Shown piece after piece: positions 39,392 through 51,086 of a stretch of DNA of 64,000 nucleotides. How positions within the stretch are numbered: the first letter of the stretch is position 1; each line of letters opens with the position of its first letter. Source of the stretch: Nitrosomonas sp. (GTDB lineage: Bacteria > Pseudomonadota > Gammaproteobacteria > Burkholderiales > Nitrosomonadaceae); contig JAMXAE010000001.1 of the NCBI GenBank assembly GCA_024281695.1, positions 1,538-65,537 of the forward strand. Direction: 5' to 3'. Under the pieces are notes generated by a model that was not told the origin of the DNA, did no database searches, and saw nothing but the letters and a program-made list of their open reading frames with translations. The translations under genes were made by a program, and so were the position numbers.

Positions 39392-40147
39392 TTAGGCTGT
39401 CGCTAATCCCAGAAAGCTAAGATCCAGTACGCCTATGACTGCATTATCGTGCGTTCCGTATTTGTTGATAATACTAGCCGCTTCATTCGTTACTAAATCT
39501 GCCAGCTTTTCGTCATCCCACACAACCGGGGAAGGTGTTTCGCTCAAAGCGGTAAGTAGCAGCGCCTGAAAATTTTCAGAACCGCCATTGCTAGGAAATG
39601 TGTTAATTTGATTTAATTCAGATTCATCAAGTGCTGAGAATAGGTTGATCAAGGAACCATAAAATAAAGACTCTACACTTTCATTTGTCGCCGGAACATT
39701 AGTTAGGTGCGCTACACCCAATTCTTCCGCATCGTAAATGTCATCATTGGGTTGAACCAGAGGCCTAACTGGATCAAAAGTAAGTTCATAATTAAGAGGT
39801 TCAATTATTTTCAATTCAACCTCTTCACGCAGTGCAGTATTCGATAAAATACCGTTTCTTTCATTAAAAGCGACAAGAGATTCCAAAGAGCCCAAATCAG
39901 AATTCACCAGTATGCTTGTGTTATCGAGTAAGCTAGAATCAAGTTCCGAATCAATATCTGCAGATGCAAAATACTCTCTAACAATATCTGTTGAAAATCC
40001 TGTAATTTCGCTTAGCATTTCGGTGGTAACACCATAGTCAAACGCAGCTTGGAAAATTATTTCGGGTTTTTCAGTATTTGAGAAAATAAAATCTTTTGCT
40101 TGCTGGATGGTAAATGGAATTTTAGCTAGGTGTGTTTCTGCTGACAT
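39392..40147 (-). CDS. Acidic hypothetical protein, paralog B
   Basis: Shares SAE.., QQA..FI..N.E.PEII...A..YGVTT.MLSEI, ILVNSDLG.LE.LV.FN, IYDAEELGV, FYGSLIN.FSALD and SFLGLATA with paralog A. Confidence 0.85.
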   Translation of the reverse strand: MSAETHLAKIPFTIQQAKDFIFSNTEKPEIIFQAAFDYGVTTEMLSEITGFSTDIVREYFASADIDSELDSSLLDNTSILVNSDLGSLESLVAFNERNGILSNTALREEVELKIIEPLNYELTFDPVRPLVQPNDDIYDAEELGVAHLTNVPATNESVESLFYGSLINLFSALDESELNQINTFPSNGGSENFQALLLTALSETPSPVVWDDEKLADLVTNEAASIINKYGTHDNAVIGVLDLSFLGLATA

Positions 40148-40531
40148 AAAGTTACCCTTTTTAAGATCTAAAAATAATTTCCTGATTAACAACTGGTGGT
40201 GTGTTGCAAAATGCTATCTATTTTTATCACTCATCCAGTTAAACGCTTGCGGACAAGTACAAAATAACATGTGTGATTATATGTTGCATGATGTATTCGC
40301 ACGTGAAATTTTTAATGGTTTTATTACTTCTACACAACTTGCTAATCTAATTGATTTTCCAGCAAATTGCATCCTTTAAGCTCCATTTTTAGAATAGAAT
40401 ATTCACATGATATTATCATTGGAAAATAATGTGTTAGCTAAAGTAATAAAATGTAAGAATTATCCTATTATGTTCAAATCGAGTATTGATTAAACTCTTA
40501 GTTTAGCGATCAAGGTTGAAAGGATTTTCTA

Positions 40532-41263
40532 ATGCCTCAAGAAATGACCACAAGAAATATCTCATCTGAGCGAGCCTGTGCCATGCTTTCCGTCATCAAG
40601 GAGTTTAAGGGATTGTCCTCTACGGATTTGGAAGCTATCGCCAAAGTTTGTCACTGGCACCGCTATGGGGCAGGTGAAGAGATTGTTAGGTATCATGATT
40701 ATTCCAATAGTGTTTTCTTTATTACGCAGGGTGAAATGCGTGTGAATTACTATTCGATGTCGGGTCAGGAGGTCATTCTATGCGATCTGACTACCGGTGA
40801 AATTTTTGGTGAATTGACTGCTATTGATGGCCGTTCTCGTTCGGCTACAGTAGTCGCCAGGACCAGTTCACTAATGGCATCCATTTCTTCGTCAGCTTTC
40901 CAAGAACTTATTTTTACCAATCGACAGATTGCGGCAGCTATTTTGCAGCGGTTGACCGGACAGATACGTCGATTGACTGAACGTGTTTTTGAGTTTAGTA
41001 CCTTGGCCGTGCGTAACCGCATTCATGCTGAATTACTGCGTCTTGCAAAGAAGCAACCGATTGTATCCAATAAAGCTATTATTTCACCAGCACCTACGCG
41101 AGTTGACTTGGCTAATCTTGTTAGCACTGTGCGTGAAACAGTATCGCGGGAGTTAGCAGATCTGGAAAGAGAAAATTTGATTTTGACTAAAGATCATGAG
41201 ATACATATTCTCGATGTGGCAAGACTTACTGAGATGGTCGAGAATGTGCGTGGTAATTTTTAA
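40532..41263 (+). CDS. CRP/FNR-family cNMP-binding transcription factor (CRP/Clr-like)
   Basis: cNMP pocket FGELTAIDGRSRSATV; HTH DLANLVSTVRETVSREL with a CRP-type RETV.R recognition helix; no FNR Cys cluster. Confidence 0.92.
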   Translation: MPQEMTTRNISSERACAMLSVIKEFKGLSSTDLEAIAKVCHWHRYGAGEEIVRYHDYSNSVFFITQGEMRVNYYSMSGQEVILCDLTTGEIFGELTAIDGRSRSATVVARTSSLMASISSSAFQELIFTNRQIAAAILQRLTGQIRRLTERVFEFSTLAVRNRIHAELLRLAKKQPIVSNKAIISPAPTRVDLANLVSTVRETVSRELADLERENLILTKDHEIHILDVARLTEMVENVRGNF

Positions 41264-41302
41264 TACGAAGAAGAATGACAGCTACAACTACAACATTTAA
41301 AT

Positions 41303-41336
41303 AAAAAAGCACATCAGTTTCCTGACGTGCTTTTTT
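41303..41336. terminator. Bidirectional intrinsic terminator
   Basis: AAAAAAGCACATCAG-TTTC-CTGACGTGCTTTTTT. Confidence 0.85.
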
Positions 41337-41351
41337 AACGTACCAGTTATT

Positions 41352-43409
41352 TTACAAGAGTGGAATAATCAATAATGCCACAATGTTAATAATCTTGATT
41401 AGCGGGTTAATTGCTGGACCAGCAGTGTCTTTATAAGGATCACCAACTGTGTCACCCGTTACCGATGCTTTGTGAGCATCGCTACCTTTGCCACCAAAGT
41501 TTCCATCTTCGATATATTTCTTGGCGTTATCCCAAGCACCACCGCCGGTGGTCATGGATATTGCAACAAACAAACCGGTTACGATAGAACCCATCAGTAC
41601 ACCACCTAAAGCTTGTGGTCCTAAAATTACACCAACCAATAGTGGAATCAAAACGGGTAATAAGGAAGGAATCATCATTTCCTTGATGGCCGCTTGGGTC
41701 AGCATATCCACTGCACGGGAATAATCAGGTTTGGCTGTGCCTTCCATAATACCGGGAATTTCCTTGAACTGGCGACGTACTTCAATGACGACTGATCCCG
41801 CAGCACGTCCTACCGCTTCCATCGACATGGCACCAAATAAATAGGGAATCATACCGCCAATAAAGAGGCCGATAATGACCATGTGATTGGATAAGTCAAA
41901 GGTTATTGCATGTCCAGCGTGTTCCAGTGCATGGGTATAATCAGCAAACAGTACCAAAGCAGCTAAGCCGGCAGAACCGATTGCATAACCTTTGGTAACA
42001 GCTTTAGTGGTATTGCCCACAGCATCCAAAGGATCAGTAATCGCACGAACTGAATCAGGCATTTCAGACATTTCTGCGATACCGCCAGCATTATCAGTAA
42101 TTGGACCATAAGCATCCAATGCTACGATAATACCTGTCATGGATAACATCGCTGTTGCAGCAATGGCAATACCGTATAAACCGGCTAATGAGTAGGCTAA
42201 TAAAATACTAATACAAACGGCCAATACAGGTGCTGCGGTGGAACGCATTGAAACACCTAAGCCAGCGATGATGTTGGTTGCATGTCCTGTGGTCGATGCC
42301 TCAGCAACATGCTGAACAGGTGGATAATCAGTAGAGGTATAGTATTCAGTGATGACAACCATGAGCCCTGTAAGTACCAGTCCGATCGTTGCAGCAAGGA
42401 ATATGCGCATAACCAACATGCCGCCAGCTACTTCAGTGCCATCAATATTCAGAGACATATCGCCCATGAACCAGACAGTGACCGGGAGATAGGCAAATAA
42501 AGCAATCCCACCCGCCACAGCTAAGCCGCGATAGAGCGCATTCATAATTTTGCCGCCTTCACGCATCTTGACATAGTAACAACCAATAATTGATGCGATG
42601 ATGGAAACGGCACCTAACATTAGTGGATAAACCACGGCATCAAGGGCATTTGTTGAAAACAGTAATGCGCCCAGAATCATGGTAGCAATGATCGTGACCG
42701 CGTAGGTTTCAAACAGATCGGCAGCCATACCTGCACAGTCACCCACGTTATCGCCCACATTATCAGCAATAACTGCTGGATTACGTGGATCATCTTCTGG
42801 GATACCTGCCTCTACTTTTCCAACCAAGTCAGCGCCCACGTCCGCACCTTTAGTGAAAATACCACCACCTAAACGAGCAAATATGGAAATCAGCGATCCG
42901 CCAAATGCGAAGCCGATTAAGGGTTTAATAACATCACTGACTGCTTGATTAGGATCGGCGCCATCAAATAACATGGCACAATATCCAGCAACGCCCAGTA
43001 AGCCTAAGCCCACTACCAGCATTCCCGTTACCGCACCGCCACGGAAAGCAATGGCTAGTGCTTCATTTAGTCCCACAGTCGCAGCCTGAGCAGTACGTAC
43101 GTTCGATTGTACTGATACATTCATGCCCAGAAAACCGGCAGCTCCAGAGAGAAAAGCGCCTAAAGCAAAGCCAACGGCTGTATCCCAGCTCAGTGCTATC
43201 CATAGGGCAAAAAATAAAACGAGACCCACGATACCGATTGTCATGTACTGGCGTTTTAGGTATGCGGATGCACCCTCTTGTATAGCGGTAGCAATTTCTT
43301 GCATGCGCTGGTTACCAGTCGATTGAACATAGATACCCCTAATCCATATACCACTGAATATCAGGGCTAAAATCGCACTACCAATCGCGATAATTAAACC
43401 ATTAGCCAT
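41352..43409 (-). CDS. hppA: Membrane-bound ion-translocating pyrophosphatase (H+-PPase)
   Basis: [43 protein letters not shown]; GNTTKA (K+-independent-type Lys); [14 protein letters not shown]. Confidence 0.96.
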   Translation of the reverse strand: MANGLIIAIGSAILALIFSGIWIRGIYVQSTGNQRMQEIATAIQEGASAYLKRQYMTIGIVGLVLFFALWIALSWDTAVGFALGAFLSGAAGFLGMNVSVQSNVRTAQAATVGLNEALAIAFRGGAVTGMLVVGLGLLGVAGYCAMLFDGADPNQAVSDVIKPLIGFAFGGSLISIFARLGGGIFTKGADVGADLVGKVEAGIPEDDPRNPAVIADNVGDNVGDCAGMAADLFETYAVTIIATMILGALLFSTNALDAVVYPLMLGAVSIIASIIGCYYVKMREGGKIMNALYRGLAVAGGIALFAYLPVTVWFMGDMSLNIDGTEVAGGMLVMRIFLAATIGLVLTGLMVVITEYYTSTDYPPVQHVAEASTTGHATNIIAGLGVSMRSTAAPVLAVCISILLAYSLAGLYGIAIAATAMLSMTGIIVALDAYGPITDNAGGIAEMSEMPDSVRAITDPLDAVGNTTKAVTKGYAIGSAGLAALVLFADYTHALEHAGHAITFDLSNHMVIIGLFIGGMIPYLFGAMSMEAVGRAAGSVVIEVRRQFKEIPGIMEGTAKPDYSRAVDMLTQAAIKEMMIPSLLPVLIPLLVGVILGPQALGGVLMGSIVTGLFVAISMTTGGGAWDNAKKYIEDGNFGGKGSDAHKASVTGDTVGDPYKDTAGPAINPLIKIINIVALLIIPLL

Positions 43410-43617
43410 AAAGAACTCCAATTAAAGTCAGACCACCAAAATCATATGTAGAATCTTGGCCTAACAATTCCACATTATTAAACACTTTCCCAAAATCTAA
43501 GCACAAACCGAACGTATTTTATATGTTCTTGTTACCAAAATGCATCAATTTTAATGAAATTTAGATTACTATTTGGCTTCGTTACAACACTAAAGCAGTT
43601 ATAGTCCAGATTAATCC

Positions 43618-44877
43618 TTAAATCTTGAATTCACCTAATTTCTTTTGAACAGCAATATTTTTTAGTCGAACATAATCTGGCAGCCCATTTTTATAAGGTG
43701 GATAATCTTCACCTTCGATGAGTGGAGACAAGTATTCACGACAAGCTGGGCTAATACCAAACCCATCTTCACTAATAAAATCAGCCGGCATCATTTTTTC
43801 AACATTGGCAACATTCGCAAGCTGAGCCATCCCCACTTTCCAGCGATATGGTGCATTGGATTCACGAACGATAGTAGGCATTACTGAGTTATGTCCTGCG
43901 ATGGCATATTCCACAGCAGCTTTACCCATTGCATAAGCTTGTTCCACATCAGTTCTGGAAGCAATGTGGCGCGCTGCACGTTGCAGATAATCAGCGACTC
44001 CCCAGTGATATTTTAATCCTAGGCCATCTTTGATAATATTCGCCACTACTGGTGCAACTCCTCCCAATTGTGCGTGACCGAAAGCATCTCTTAATCCTTG
44101 GTCTGAAAGAAAATTGCCATCTTCGCCCTTAACCCCTTCCGATACGACAACTGAGCAATAGCCATATTCCTTAACATAGCGATCTACTTTGGCAAGAAAC
44201 TTTTCTTTATTGAATGTGATTTCCGGAAACAGAATAACAACCGGGATTTCACAATCCGGACTTGAAGCCAATCCCCCTGCTGCAGCGATCCATCCTGCAT
44301 GCCGTCCCATTACTTCCAGTATAAAAACTTTGGTTGATGTCTTGGACATACTGGCCACATCAAAACTCGCTTCGCGAGTAGATACCGCAATATATTTTGC
44401 AACTGAGCCAAAACCGGGGCAGCAATCGGTAATGGGTAGATCGTTGTCAACGGTTTTAGGAACGTGAATCGCCTGAATGGGGTATCCCAGTGTATCAGCT
44501 AATTGAGAAACCTTAAGACAGGTATCAGCAGAATCTCCGCCACCGTTATAAAAGAAATAACCAATATTATGTGCCTTGAATATTTCGATTAGACGTTCGT
44601 ATTCACGTCGATTTTGTTCCAGGCTTTTTAATTTGTAGCGACAAGAACCAAAAGCACCGGATGGGGTATGACGTAACGCAGCAATGGCTGCTGCTGATTC
44701 AGCATTGGTGTCAATCAAATCTTCGGTCAGTGCACCGATGATTCCATTGCGACCTGCATAGATATTACCGATTTTATCGGAATGTTGACGTGCTGTTTCT
44801 AGGACACCTGCTGCGGAGGCGTTGATAACTGCCGTAACACCACCGGACTGAGCATAAAATGCATTTTTGATTGTCAT
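43618..44877 (-). CDS. pfp: PPi-dependent 6-phosphofructokinase
   Basis: QSGGVTAVIN, NGGGDS (Asp typical of PPi type), PKTVDNDL, EVMGRHAGW; adjacent to hppA. Confidence 0.9.
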   Translation of the reverse strand: MTIKNAFYAQSGGVTAVINASAAGVLETARQHSDKIGNIYAGRNGIIGALTEDLIDTNAESAAAIAALRHTPSGAFGSCRYKLKSLEQNRREYERLIEIFKAHNIGYFFYNGGGDSADTCLKVSQLADTLGYPIQAIHVPKTVDNDLPITDCCPGFGSVAKYIAVSTREASFDVASMSKTSTKVFILEVMGRHAGWIAAAGGLASSPDCEIPVVILFPEITFNKEKFLAKVDRYVKEYGYCSVVVSEGVKGEDGNFLSDQGLRDAFGHAQLGGVAPVVANIIKDGLGLKYHWGVADYLQRAARHIASRTDVEQAYAMGKAAVEYAIAGHNSVMPTIVRESNAPYRWKVGMAQLANVANVEKMMPADFISEDGFGISPACREYLSPLIEGEDYPPYKNGLPDYVRLKNIAVQKKLGEFKI

Positions 44878-44941
44878 ATTTTTCTCCTGATTGATCAAAT
44901 CGTAAGCAAGCTATTTATATTCTATTAATCTGTACGCACAA

Positions 44942-44974
44942 AAACTCAGGGGCGACTTATCGCGGTCCTGAGTT
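44942..44974 (-). terminator. Hairpin/terminator after adk
   Basis: AACTCAGG..CCTGAGTT stem with an A-tract on the + strand (U-tract for the minus-strand transcript). Confidence 0.55.
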
Positions 44975-45013
44975 CTGAATTTAATGTGAATCAAAAAATG
45001 AGGCTAATTAAAC

Positions 45014-45730
<717 letters not shown>

Positions 45731-45881
45731 TCAACAACATCATCTAATTATATCGCAGGCAAGACAGATACTCGAGTTTTTTACTGCGGTAATTTTTGTG
45801 AAATTAAACGATTTCGTAGCAAGTTACGTTTATGCTGTACAGGTTATGCGATAATTTGATCGACTCTTAACAGGAAAAATC

Positions 45882-46931
45882 ATGGACGAAAACAGAAGTA
45901 AAGCGCTTGATGCTGCTCTAGCCCAAATCGAAAAACAGTTTGGTAAAGGTTCAATCATGCGATTGGGTGCTAACGACGTCGCCTATGATATACAGGTGGT
46001 TTCCACGGGTTCGCTAGGACTTGATATTGCACTGGGTGTAGGAGGATTACCGCGCGGTCGGATCATTGAGATTTATGGACCTGAAACTTCGGGTAAAACG
46101 ACGCTGACATTACAAGTCATTGCAGAAATGCAAAAAATGGGGGGAACCGCAGCTTTTATTGATGCAGAACATGCATTGGATCCACAATATGCACAGAAAA
46201 TCGGTGTTAACGTCAAGGATTTACTGATATCTCAACCGGATAATGGTGAGCAAGCCCTGGAAATAGCCGACATGCTGGTACGTTCCGGTTCAGTGGATAT
46301 TATTGTCGTGGATTCCGTAGCGGCACTCACGCCGCGTGCTGAAATCGAAGGTGATATGGGTGATCCACAAATGGGATTGCAAGCACGATTGATGTCGCAA
46401 GCGTTACGTAAACTGACGGCTAATATCAAGCGCAGCAATACCATGGTTATTTTCATTAACCAAATTCGTATGAAAATTGGTGTCATGTTCGGCAACCCTG
46501 AAACTACGACAGGAGGTAACGCATTAAAATTCTATGCTTCGGTACGTTTGGATATTCGTCGTACAGGAGCAATTAAAAAAGGTGAAGAAACAATTGGTAA
46601 TGAAACGCGCGTGAAGGTGGTTAAAAACAAAATAGCGCCGCCGTTTAAGCAAGCCGACTTTGATATTCTATACGGCGAAGGCATTTCGCGTGAAAGTGAA
46701 ATCATCGAATTGGGTGTATTACATAAGCTGATCGACAAATCAGGCGCCTGGTATGCGTATAGCGGTGAGAAAATCGGTCAGGGTAAAGATAATGTGCGCG
46801 ATTATCTGAAAGAGCACAAGAATATCGCTCAGGAAATCGAACAAAAGATTAGAACAATTGTAGGTATTGCTGATCAAGCCAAGCCTGTAAAAGAGAAAAT
46901 CGAAAAAGAAAAAACGGATAAAGAGAAATAA
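45882..46931 (+). CDS. recA: Recombinase RecA
   Basis: [53 protein letters not shown]. Confidence 0.99.
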   Translation: MDENRSKALDAALAQIEKQFGKGSIMRLGANDVAYDIQVVSTGSLGLDIALGVGGLPRGRIIEIYGPETSGKTTLTLQVIAEMQKMGGTAAFIDAEHALDPQYAQKIGVNVKDLLISQPDNGEQALEIADMLVRSGSVDIIVVDSVAALTPRAEIEGDMGDPQMGLQARLMSQALRKLTANIKRSNTMVIFINQIRMKIGVMFGNPETTTGGNALKFYASVRLDIRRTGAIKKGEETIGNETRVKVVKNKIAPPFKQADFDILYGEGISRESEIIELGVLHKLIDKSGAWYAYSGEKIGQGKDNVRDYLKEHKNIAQEIEQKIRTIVGIADQAKPVKEKIEKEKTDKEK

Positions 46932-46936
46932 GTTTT

Positions 46937-47395
46937 GTGGATACTCGATCTCCTCTGGAAATTCGCGCTTTGCGTTATCTGGCACAACGCGAATATTCGC
47001 GTCTGGAGCTGGAACAAAAATTATCTACGCACGCGCGTTCGCTACCTTCGGAATCTGTATCCCAAGTATTGGATAAGCTGGAGCAAAATGGTTTTTTGTC
47101 AGCTGAACGTGTTGTTGAACAAATTGTGCGTACCCGCAGATCCCGTTTTGGTAACAAGCGTATTGTTTATGAGCTTAAAGAAAAGGGCATTGAGGAACAT
47201 TTGATTCACAGTATATTACCGTCCCTTAAAGAGACCGAACTGGATGCAGCGATTAAGATCTGGCAAAAAAAATTTGGCATATCGCCTAACAATAGAGAAG
47301 AATTCGGCAAGCAAATGAGGTTCATGATGAATAGAGGTTTTTCAATCGCTGTGATACAGCAGGTTCTGTCACATGCTATCGAAGGTAATCAATGA
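46937..47395 (+). CDS. recX: Regulatory protein RecX
   Basis: ALRYLAQREYSRLEL, FG.KRI..ELKEKGI, RFMMNRGFS; follows recA. Confidence 0.93.
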   Translation: MDTRSPLEIRALRYLAQREYSRLELEQKLSTHARSLPSESVSQVLDKLEQNGFLSAERVVEQIVRTRRSRFGNKRIVYELKEKGIEEHLIHSILPSLKETELDAAIKIWQKKFGISPNNREEFGKQMRFMMNRGFSIAVIQQVLSHAIEGNQ

Positions 47396-47757
47396 AGCAA
47401 TTGCTCTTGCAGGTACTATTTGTGGCTATTATGCTATGCAGTGGCAGTTATGTCAGTGCTGATGACATAGTAGCCATTCAAGAAATTAATGAGTCTCCCG
47501 TCAATTTTGATGGTAAAGAAGTGAAGCTGAGGGGGATTGCAAAAAACCCTACACGCCTGCCGCTGGTCAATCTAAAATCCTATGTATTAGAAGATAGCAG
47601 TGGGGAAATTACGATTTTGACCGAATCCGATTTACCCAAAATGAACCAAGAAATTACCATACGAGCTAAAGTCAACAGCCTGGCCATCGTCAAAGGCGAA
47701 GCACTGGGTTTGACAGTGATTGAATTAGAACGATACGAGCCGCAGCAAAAAATATGA
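47392..47757 (+). CDS. Exported hypothetical protein (OB-fold-like)
   Basis: Signal peptide; [24 protein letters not shown] pattern; overlaps both neighbours. Confidence 0.7.
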   Translation: MKQLLLQVLFVAIMLCSGSYVSADDIVAIQEINESPVNFDGKEVKLRGIAKNPTRLPLVNLKSYVLEDSSGEITILTESDLPKMNQEITIRAKVNSLAIVKGEALGLTVIELERYEPQQKI

Positions 47758-50351
47758 AAAGTAGCGAAATAAGACAAAAATTTCTTGAATTCTTTGAATC
47801 TCATGGTCATACCATCGTCGCATCCAGTCCGCTTGTGCCGAACAATGATCCCACTTTATTGTTCACCAACGCAGGCATGGTGCAATTCAAGGATGTATTT
47901 TTAGGCCAGGATAAGGGCCCTTACGTGCGCGCCGCCAGTTCGCAGCGCTGCGTGCGGGCAGGTGGCAAACATAATGATCTGGAAAATGTTGGCTATACCG
48001 CGCGACATCATACATTCTTTGAAATGCTGGGAAATTTTAGTTTCGGTGACTATTTCAAGCGCAACGCCATTTTGTTCGCCTGGGATTTTCTAACAGGCAC
48101 GCTCAATATCCCGCGCGAGAAATTATGGGTCACGGTTTACGCCGAAGACGATGAAGCCGCCGATATCTGGTTGAACGAAGTCGGCGTCGAACCGTCCCGC
48201 GTGGTGCGCATCGCCACCACGGACAACTTCTGGCAAATGGGCGATACCGGCCCGTGCGGCCCCTGTTCCGAGATTTTCTACGACCACGGCTCGGACGTGG
48301 CAGGCGGCCCGCCCGGCTCTCCTGACGCCGATGGCGACCGCTACATCGAGATCTGGAATCTGGTGTTCATGCAGTACAACCGCGACAGCGCCGGAACATT
48401 GCACCCGTTGCCGGAACCGTCGGTCGATACCGGCATGGGACTGGAACGCATTTCCGCCGTCATGCAGCATGTGCACAGCAATTACGACATCGATCTGTTT
48501 CAAAGCTTGATCAAAGCGGCGGCACGAGCAACCGGCACCGGCAATCTCGCCGACAATTCGCTCAAAGTGATCGCCGATCACATTCGCGCCTGTTCGTTTT
48601 TGATCACCGACGGCGTCATCCCGGGCAGCGAAGGCCGTGGTTATGTATTGCGCCGCATCATCCGCCGCGCTATCCGTCACGGTTACAAATTGGGACAAAA
48701 ACACCCCTTCTTTCATCAACTCGTGGAAGATTTGAGCCAAGTGATGGGGCAAGCATATCCAGAACTGACCGCCGCCAAAAAGCGCGTCGCCGCCGTGTTG
48801 TTGCAAGAAGAGGAACGCTTCGCCGAAACGCTGGAAAACGGTATGCAAATTCTGGAAACCGCGCTGAGCCAGAAAATCAAAGTACTCGACGGTGAAACCG
48901 CATTCCGGCTGTACGACACGTTCGGCTTCCCGATTGATTTGACCGCCGACATTGCCCGCGAACGCGGCATCACGGTTGATCACGAAGGATTCGAACAAGC
49001 CATGGCGCGTCAGCGCGAACAAGCGCGCGCCGCCAACAAATTCACCATGCAGGAAGGCATCGAATACACCGGCAGCCAAACCACGTTCTATGGTTACGAT
49101 ACGTTGCAGCACGAAGGGCAAGTATTGGCGATCTACAAACAAGGCAGCGCGGTCGATTTCGTCGAAGCCGGTGACGAAGCCGTGGTGGTGCTGGATCAAA
49201 CGCCGTTTTACGCTGAATCCGGCGGGCAGGCTGGTGATAGCGGTGAATTGCTCGCCGCCAATGGCACTTTTGAAGTCACCGACACGCAAAAAATCCAAGC
49301 TGGTGTGTTCGGCCACAAAGGCTTGCTGCGCAGCGGCCGGTTGGTGGTCCGCGATAACGTGCAAGCCCGAGTCAATCCGCAAACCCGTGTCAGCACCGCC
49401 AACAACCACTCCGCCACGCATCTGCTGCACGCCGCGCTGCGTAAAGTGCTCGGCACCCATGTCACGCAAAAAGGCTCGCTGGTCGACCCTAACCGGTTGC
49501 GTTTCGATTTTTCGCACAACGCGCCGATGAGCGCCGATGAAATCCGCGAAACCGAGCGTCTGGTCAACGAGCAAGTCCGCAATAACACTGTCGTGGAAGT
49601 CGCCACGATGCCATACGATGACGCGATCAAACGCGGTGCGATGGCGCTGTTCGGCGAGAAATACACGGATGTGGTGCGCGTCATCGGCATGGGTGAATTC
49701 TCCACCGAACTCTGCGGCGGCACGCACGTGCCGCAAGTCGGCCAAATCGGTTTGTTTAAAATCGTCGCCGAATCCGGCGTTGCCGCCGGTATCCGCCGCG
49801 TCGAAGCAGTCACCGGAAAAGGCGCGATCGATTACGTGCAGCAACGCGAAGCACAACTGCTCGAAATCGCCCACGCGTTAAAAGCCAACCCGCAAGAAGT
49901 CACGCAAAAAATCGCGCAAATCATCGACAACGTGCGGCAAGCCGAAAAAGAACTGGCGCGCCTGAAAACCAAAATGGCCAGCTCACAAGGCGCCGATCTG
50001 GCATCGCAAGCGCACGACATCAACGGCGTCAAAGTACTCGCCGCCAATCTGGACAACGCCGACGCCAAAGCCCTGCGCGAAACACTCGATCAACTCAAAG
50101 ATGCACTCAAATCCTGCGCGATTGTGCTCAGCACCGTCGCCGACGGCAAAGTGACGCTGATCGCCGGTGTTAGCGCCGACCTCACCAGCAAAGTCAAAGC
50201 CGGAGAACTGGTCAACTTCGTCGCCCAGCAAGTCGGTGGCAAAGGCGGCGGACGGCCGGATATGGCGCAAGCGGGCGGCACGCAACCGGAGCATCTGCCT
50301 GCGGCGCTTCAAGGAGTGAAAGGGTGGGTTGAAACGAAAGTTGTGCGGTAG
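47754..50351 (+). CDS. alaS: Alanine--tRNA ligase
   Basis: [60 protein letters not shown]. Confidence 0.99.
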   Translation: MKSSEIRQKFLEFFESHGHTIVASSPLVPNNDPTLLFTNAGMVQFKDVFLGQDKGPYVRAASSQRCVRAGGKHNDLENVGYTARHHTFFEMLGNFSFGDYFKRNAILFAWDFLTGTLNIPREKLWVTVYAEDDEAADIWLNEVGVEPSRVVRIATTDNFWQMGDTGPCGPCSEIFYDHGSDVAGGPPGSPDADGDRYIEIWNLVFMQYNRDSAGTLHPLPEPSVDTGMGLERISAVMQHVHSNYDIDLFQSLIKAAARATGTGNLADNSLKVIADHIRACSFLITDGVIPGSEGRGYVLRRIIRRAIRHGYKLGQKHPFFHQLVEDLSQVMGQAYPELTAAKKRVAAVLLQEEERFAETLENGMQILETALSQKIKVLDGETAFRLYDTFGFPIDLTADIARERGITVDHEGFEQAMARQREQARAANKFTMQEGIEYTGSQTTFYGYDTLQHEGQVLAIYKQGSAVDFVEAGDEAVVVLDQTPFYAESGGQAGDSGELLAANGTFEVTDTQKIQAGVFGHKGLLRSGRLVVRDNVQARVNPQTRVSTANNHSATHLLHAALRKVLGTHVTQKGSLVDPNRLRFDFSHNAPMSADEIRETERLVNEQVRNNTVVEVATMPYDDAIKRGAMALFGEKYTDVVRVIGMGEFSTELCGGTHVPQVGQIGLFKIVAESGVAAGIRRVEAVTGKGAIDYVQQREAQLLEIAHALKANPQEVTQKIAQIIDNVRQAEKELARLKTKMASSQGADLASQAHDINGVKVLAANLDNADAKALRETLDQLKDALKSCAIVLSTVADGKVTLIAGVSADLTSKVKAGELVNFVAQQVGGKGGGRPDMAQAGGTQPEHLPAALQGVKGWVETKVVR

Positions 50352-50549
50352 TCAAAACACTTGATTAATTAAGCAATCTTTTAGTCACTGGTATTGACGC
50401 ATTTGCTTGTATTATTTGTCGTATTCAAATTTTGAATTTAAATTCGGGTACAAAAAGATAATTAATTTTATCCGCGATAATTCAGCATCGCATACAAAAC
50501 CCATTGGACAAAACGTTTCATATATTGCATTAGACGGAGAAACGGTGAT

Positions 50550-50906
50550 ATGAGGGAAAAGATATTTGCTGCATTTATAGCAGTTGTCTTGTCTGCGCCA
50601 GCAAGTGCCTGGACAGTGCAGTATTTCCTAGATCACGTTAATAACGAGACAGAGCGAGAGCTGCTCAGATTTTATATCACAGGTTTAGGTGATGGATATA
50701 TGTGGGCAAGCGCCTTAAACAAGGTGAGAGGCGGAAAGGAGTTGTATTGCCCGCCAGAAAAAATGGCTCTGCAAACAGATAATTTCATTCAAATCGTCAG
50801 ATCGCGAATAAAGGAGCACCCACAGGACGCCCAACAAGAGTTAGGGTTAGTTCTTAGCGCAAGTCTTATAGCAACTTTTCCATGCCAAGAACCCCGTAAC
50901 CCGTAA
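50550..50906 (+). CDS. Exported Rap1a-like (T6SS amidase immunity-type) protein
   Basis: Signal peptide; YITGLGDG..YCPP...IV...IKEHP....LV...L..TFPC pattern typical of Rap1a-like proteins. Confidence 0.55.
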   Translation: MREKIFAAFIAVVLSAPASAWTVQYFLDHVNNETERELLRFYITGLGDGYMWASALNKVRGGKELYCPPEKMALQTDNFIQIVRSRIKEHPQDAQQELGLVLSASLIATFPCQEPRNP

Positions 50907-50933
50907 GGCGGAAGCCCGTTAGGGTGTTCCGCC
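50898..50933 (+). repeat. REP-like palindrome, copy 1
   Basis: AACCC-GTAA-GGCGGAA-GCCCGTTAGGGTG-TTCCGCC. Confidence 0.75.
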
Positions 50934-51086
50934 ATTTGCGATGTACACTATTTGGTTTCTAGCTAAACGCCTTACAGGATGGTGTTTTCCAGTGTTCTTG
51001 CCACGAGGTCGTTTACTGAACCACATCGGAAAGCCCGTTTGACTGGAAAGCTGAAATCGCATTAAGGCCGAAGCGGCGGTATTTTT

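Noticed and set aside
40452-40467. Possible autoregulatory CRP box upstream of the crp-like gene (TGTAA-GAATTA-TCCTA)
   Set aside because: Only 7/10 match in AT-rich DNA; not distinguishable from chance by eye.
48123-49874. 583-aa antisense ORF and others opposite alaS
   Set aside because: Shadow of the biased GC-rich codon usage of alaS; no recognisable motifs.
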